A stretch of 64,000 bases of DNA from the human T2T-CHM13v2.0 reference genome, Homo sapiens, in NCBI RefSeq assembly GCF_009914755.1, contig NC_060947.1; one strand, 5' to 3'. Both the position numbers and the translations under genes were made by a program. This document shows, piece after piece, positions 59,705 to 64,000 of the stretch. The notes beneath the pieces are model-generated. The model searched no databases. It saw only the letters and a program-made list of their open reading frames with translations, and had not been told where the DNA came from. Numbering within the stretch: the stretch's first letter is position 1; each line of letters opens with the position of its first letter.

Positions 59705-62700
59705 ACATCCGTGAAATCACTTTTATTTTTATTTTTTTCCACATAGATGACTTCATGTCAACTACAAAAATCATGAAATGAAGAACTGATTGTGAAACTG
59801 CAAACTCAAAATCACTGGAGTGATAAACAGGTTTTCCCCCAGATGACTTAAAAAAAATAACCAGGATACCATGAATTCATGTTTAAGTAGTAAACATGTC
59901 ATATATTTAAAAATAATAAATATAGAATAGCAGTACAGAAACTAATAGCATAAACAGCATGAAGTATATTTTACTTTTAAGACAGATGAAATTTCTAGGC
60001 ACAGCTTTAGGCATTAAAGAGGACACAGAGGCATAGGTTAGAGTGCACTGCTCTGTACAAAAATACAGTCTGAATAAATTACATTGCTAGCCATACAATT
60101 AGACGTCACTTACCAGTCAGTTCATTGCATGTTTAATAATATACAGGTACATGCTAATCCATATATATCATTTATATTCAAACACATAAGTCTCTCTATA
60201 TTTATGTCTTTAAAATTTACATGTTGAACTTACAAAAAGCTAAATAATTGTGCAAGAAATCGGAATAACTAGCCCTGCTGAGTATTTTATGCTATATGTG
60301 TGTGAGTATATATATGTGTGTATATCTATATCTATAGATGTAGATCTATATCCATAGATATCTATCTAACAATGGGTTTGTGGCTAAAAATTATGCTTAA
60401 GAACACATCTAACAAACCTAAAGCTGCAAAGACATAATGTTAATGTAGGTGAAAATTTCACTTGTGTTTATTCTGATAGACAAAATTGTATTTTAGATGA
60501 GAAGCAACAATTTTCATGTTGTACTGAGATTGTTAGTAATGAAATACTTCCAAATATTAGTGATGGTAGAAATCTAGTGTAGGGCTCTTTGCTGAGAAGG
60601 GAAAAAAGTCACATAAGAAATCTACTTTTCAGTAAACTGCAAATATGTGTGCTTCAACCTATAACATATTCTGTCACTTTGAGCTTGTCATATTGACAGA
60701 GAATGAAAACTTGATAAGACTCGAGATGTGATGATATTGGTTTAACAGTACACTGCATCCTCTACTAGGACCAAGAGAAGTGCCTCATTGGTGTCAGCAC
60801 CAAAGTACTATTCTTTCATTATTCAGGAATAAAGAGATCTCAGAACAGAGAATGTTTAGTTGCTGAAATCCCTATCCAAATATCATATTTCTCATGCTGC
60901 TCTGACAATATGCAATTAACTGCAAGACACTCTGCCCCAGATTTTACTATTTCTCAAAAAATTGCTTCAAAAGACTCTATAATACTATCTTTCTGGAGAA
61001 TTTCCACTCATAATTTCTAATGATTCTTTATAGAATCATATATTTTTATAAAGGTTTCTGTCTGTGATGTATTTATTCGCTTTTGTCTATCATTGCTAAA
61101 GTAAGACTAAACCTGGTACTTCATATTCGTGATTTTATAGAAAATTCATGTGTGTTTTCTAGCATTTGGATAATAAAATAGGTTTTTTTTTTTTGGCTGT
61201 TGTTTTTGGCAACCATTCTTAAGACAAGCTGAAAGAAGAACTGTGTTTTGGGAGGTAAAACAAATTATTAAATACTATCGATGTGGTCCTGCTCTTAACA
61301 GATTTTGCAATACAGTAACATATAGCTACTTTTAAAGTAATTTTTCTAATGCTTCTTTCTGCAAGAGGGCCAAAACCAGAACATACTGTTTTAGTGTCTT
61401 TGTTAACAAAAATAATTATTTATAACTTTTATATTAGAACTGTATATTTGATATAAAAATATGTTTATAATTAAGCTATCCAAATTTGTATATTAAACAG
61501 AATTAACACAAGTTTGCAGCATGAGATTAGTTGCAAACTTATTCCCTATTATTAATACTTCCTTCCATTGAACAGTCAGTAAGTAATTCCCTTAACATAA
61601 ATCCATCCTAAGTGTGTGCACAAATCGGTTAGCCCATCAGTTAACTTCAGAGGACCAGGTGATAACCAGATGAATTCTACTCCTCTACTGAGACATTTAG
61701 ATATTTATATAAATCTATCGCTATTCCTTTCTTAAAAAAATGAAGACATTTAAAATACTTGCAAAAAATAGCAGCCTTCTATTTTAATGAATTTTACACA
61801 AAATGATCATCCTAATTGCTACTCTCTTTTCAACTACAGTGCTTACAGAGAATCATTAATTTTCAGATTAACACCATTTCAATTTTTATTCTTAGGCAAC
61901 TCTATTGACACTTTCCAGTGAAACAGTAAAGAACATAGAGCAAAAGCTTTAAGGTACCATACTTTTGTATGGTAAATAAGTATGAATACCAATCTAAGCC
62001 TCTTAACAATGTGTACAAGGTTAGTGCTCAAACCACTTCACTAGAGTAAATATTAATTTTACGTGTGATAGGCAAATGTATGTGGAGGGTTAGGGAACAA
62101 CTTATTACCATTTATACTAATGGTTCACCTTCTATAAAAACAGTGAAGCTTGTTACATACGCACACTTGTTTGCTGCAATGTTTGGCAAATGATTTAAAG
62201 GGTACAAAAGCAACTCATGCAGATTTCTTTCTGTTTGCCCCAGGAAAAACAGAGATCCTCAATTTTTCCCCAGTCTAGATAGGGCTGAGGCACCAATTTC
62301 TAACCACATAATGAGAAGCACATGTCTCCAAGTCTTGACTCTCTTCCCAGGGAGACGCTGATTGCCAAAGCATAACCTCCCATTAAAAAGAGTGTTCCTG
62401 AAGGTGGAATGTGTATCATTAACCAGTTACATTCACAACTCCCATTAGATGCTGAAGGGCAGTTCATTTTTCAAGGGCTCACTCAAGCAAATAACCAACA
62501 GCCAATGTAGTCATTGGGTAGGATAAGCAGGCGGTAAGGGCTCTAACAGTGGAATCCTTGTCAGCGCAAAGGAACTTCTAAATGTTGCTTATGCCAACTG
62601 CTCCCCTGCAGGCAATAGGAGATTGAGGCAAATCTCATTCCAACTAGTTTCTCACAATGGTTGCTGTCATATAGACCCTTCATTTGTCAAGAAAAACGAT

Positions 62701-62945
62701 ATGAACATATTGGAAGTTTGCAGCATTTGCCTATGTCTAATCAGCTCTCTTAATTTGTGCAGATTTCTAAAATGGATGTAAAAGCTGGTTATGATATTGA
62801 CAGCCAAAAGGCAAAAAAGATTAAATCAACTGAGCAAACTGCTTGATGCTCCACAAGTGTTTTAGAAAATAGTAAGTTAGAAAAGATGCAGACGTAATCC
62901 TTTTGTTGGATGGTGGTGGTTGTTTTTACTTTGAGACTATTGGTT
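59705..62945 (-). other. TMEM47: TMEM47 3'UTR (~3.2 kb)
   Basis: Runs from the stop codon to a tandem AATAAA with a downstream GU-rich element. AU-rich, with no Alu/L1/LTR recognised. The 3' end position is approximate. Confidence 0.85.
59722..59733 (-). terminator. Distal polyadenylation signal (two adjacent AATAAA)
   Basis: Plus-strand tttatt at 59722-59727 and 59728-59733. A minus-strand GU-rich element TGTGTCGTCTCTGTTGTG lies at ~59677-59694. Confidence 0.75.
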
Positions 62946-63152
<207 letters not shown>

Positions 63153-63523
63153 AATGTTATTTGCAGCAAATAAAATAATATAAATATGTAACTATATATG
63201 TATGAGAGTAACTTTGTAATCAAATATACATAAAAGCCAAAAATTTTAAAGATGGCTTGTTCTAGATGGTATACTTTAAAATACTAATAATTTTTTTGTT
63301 TAAATACCTTTTCCCAATATATAAGAATTATCCTATTAATTAGTAAATCATTATTAGTATAGATAAAATAATTAGTGCAATATAATAATTTATATGAGCA
63401 TACAAAGTAGTGATTTTCACCTTAAAAATATAATTATCATTATTATTATGGCAAGTAGTACTAGTTAAACTAAATTGTGCCACTAATAAACCGTATAAGT
63501 AGCTCCTCAAGAATAGTGACCCC

Positions 63524-63875
<352 letters not shown>

Positions 63876-64000
63876 TTATGCTATTAAGGAATTAGGAAAT
63901 TCAAATTAATTTCTACTGATGCAACTGGTCATCCTGTGAGTGATAATGTGCTTTTGATGTTGTTGCTGCTTTGCAATACTAACTCAGCCCAATATGCCAG

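Noticed and set aside
62474-62580. Possible extra coding exon in the UTR (minus ...catttag|AAGTTCC..., short open frames)
   Set aside because: No polypyrimidine tract, no recognisable protein, and it lies within the contiguous 3'UTR.

Overview
Primate (most likely human) genomic DNA, AT-rich and dense in interspersed repeats. The only recognisable protein-coding sequence is at the right end, on the minus strand: the last coding exon of TMEM47 (X-linked; PMP22/EMP/claudin superfamily), 63124->62946, ending ...[10 protein letters not shown]. It is followed by a ~3.2 kb repeat-free 3'UTR with AATAAA signals at ~59722-59733. The supplied ORF track misses this exon. The other ~59 kb is downstream flank containing L1 fragments, one near full-length L1 with a 14-bp TSD, two THE1/MaLR proviruses, solo LTRs (LTR7, MER31 x2, MER50, MER4-like), Tigger3a, a hAT element, 13 Alus, MIR/L2 relics and microsatellites. 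No RNA gene, CRISPR array or demonstrable new biological system is visible. The most unusual observations are an ~88-bp templated copy of local unique DNA spliced into an old L1, an LTR7 whose TSD decayed reciprocally at a CpG, a perfect 16-bp hairpin with a template-switch signature, a four-layer transposon nest, and a compact GATA/NF-E2-type motif cluster. Repeat subfamily names come from remembered consensus sequences, and old-repeat boundaries are approximate.
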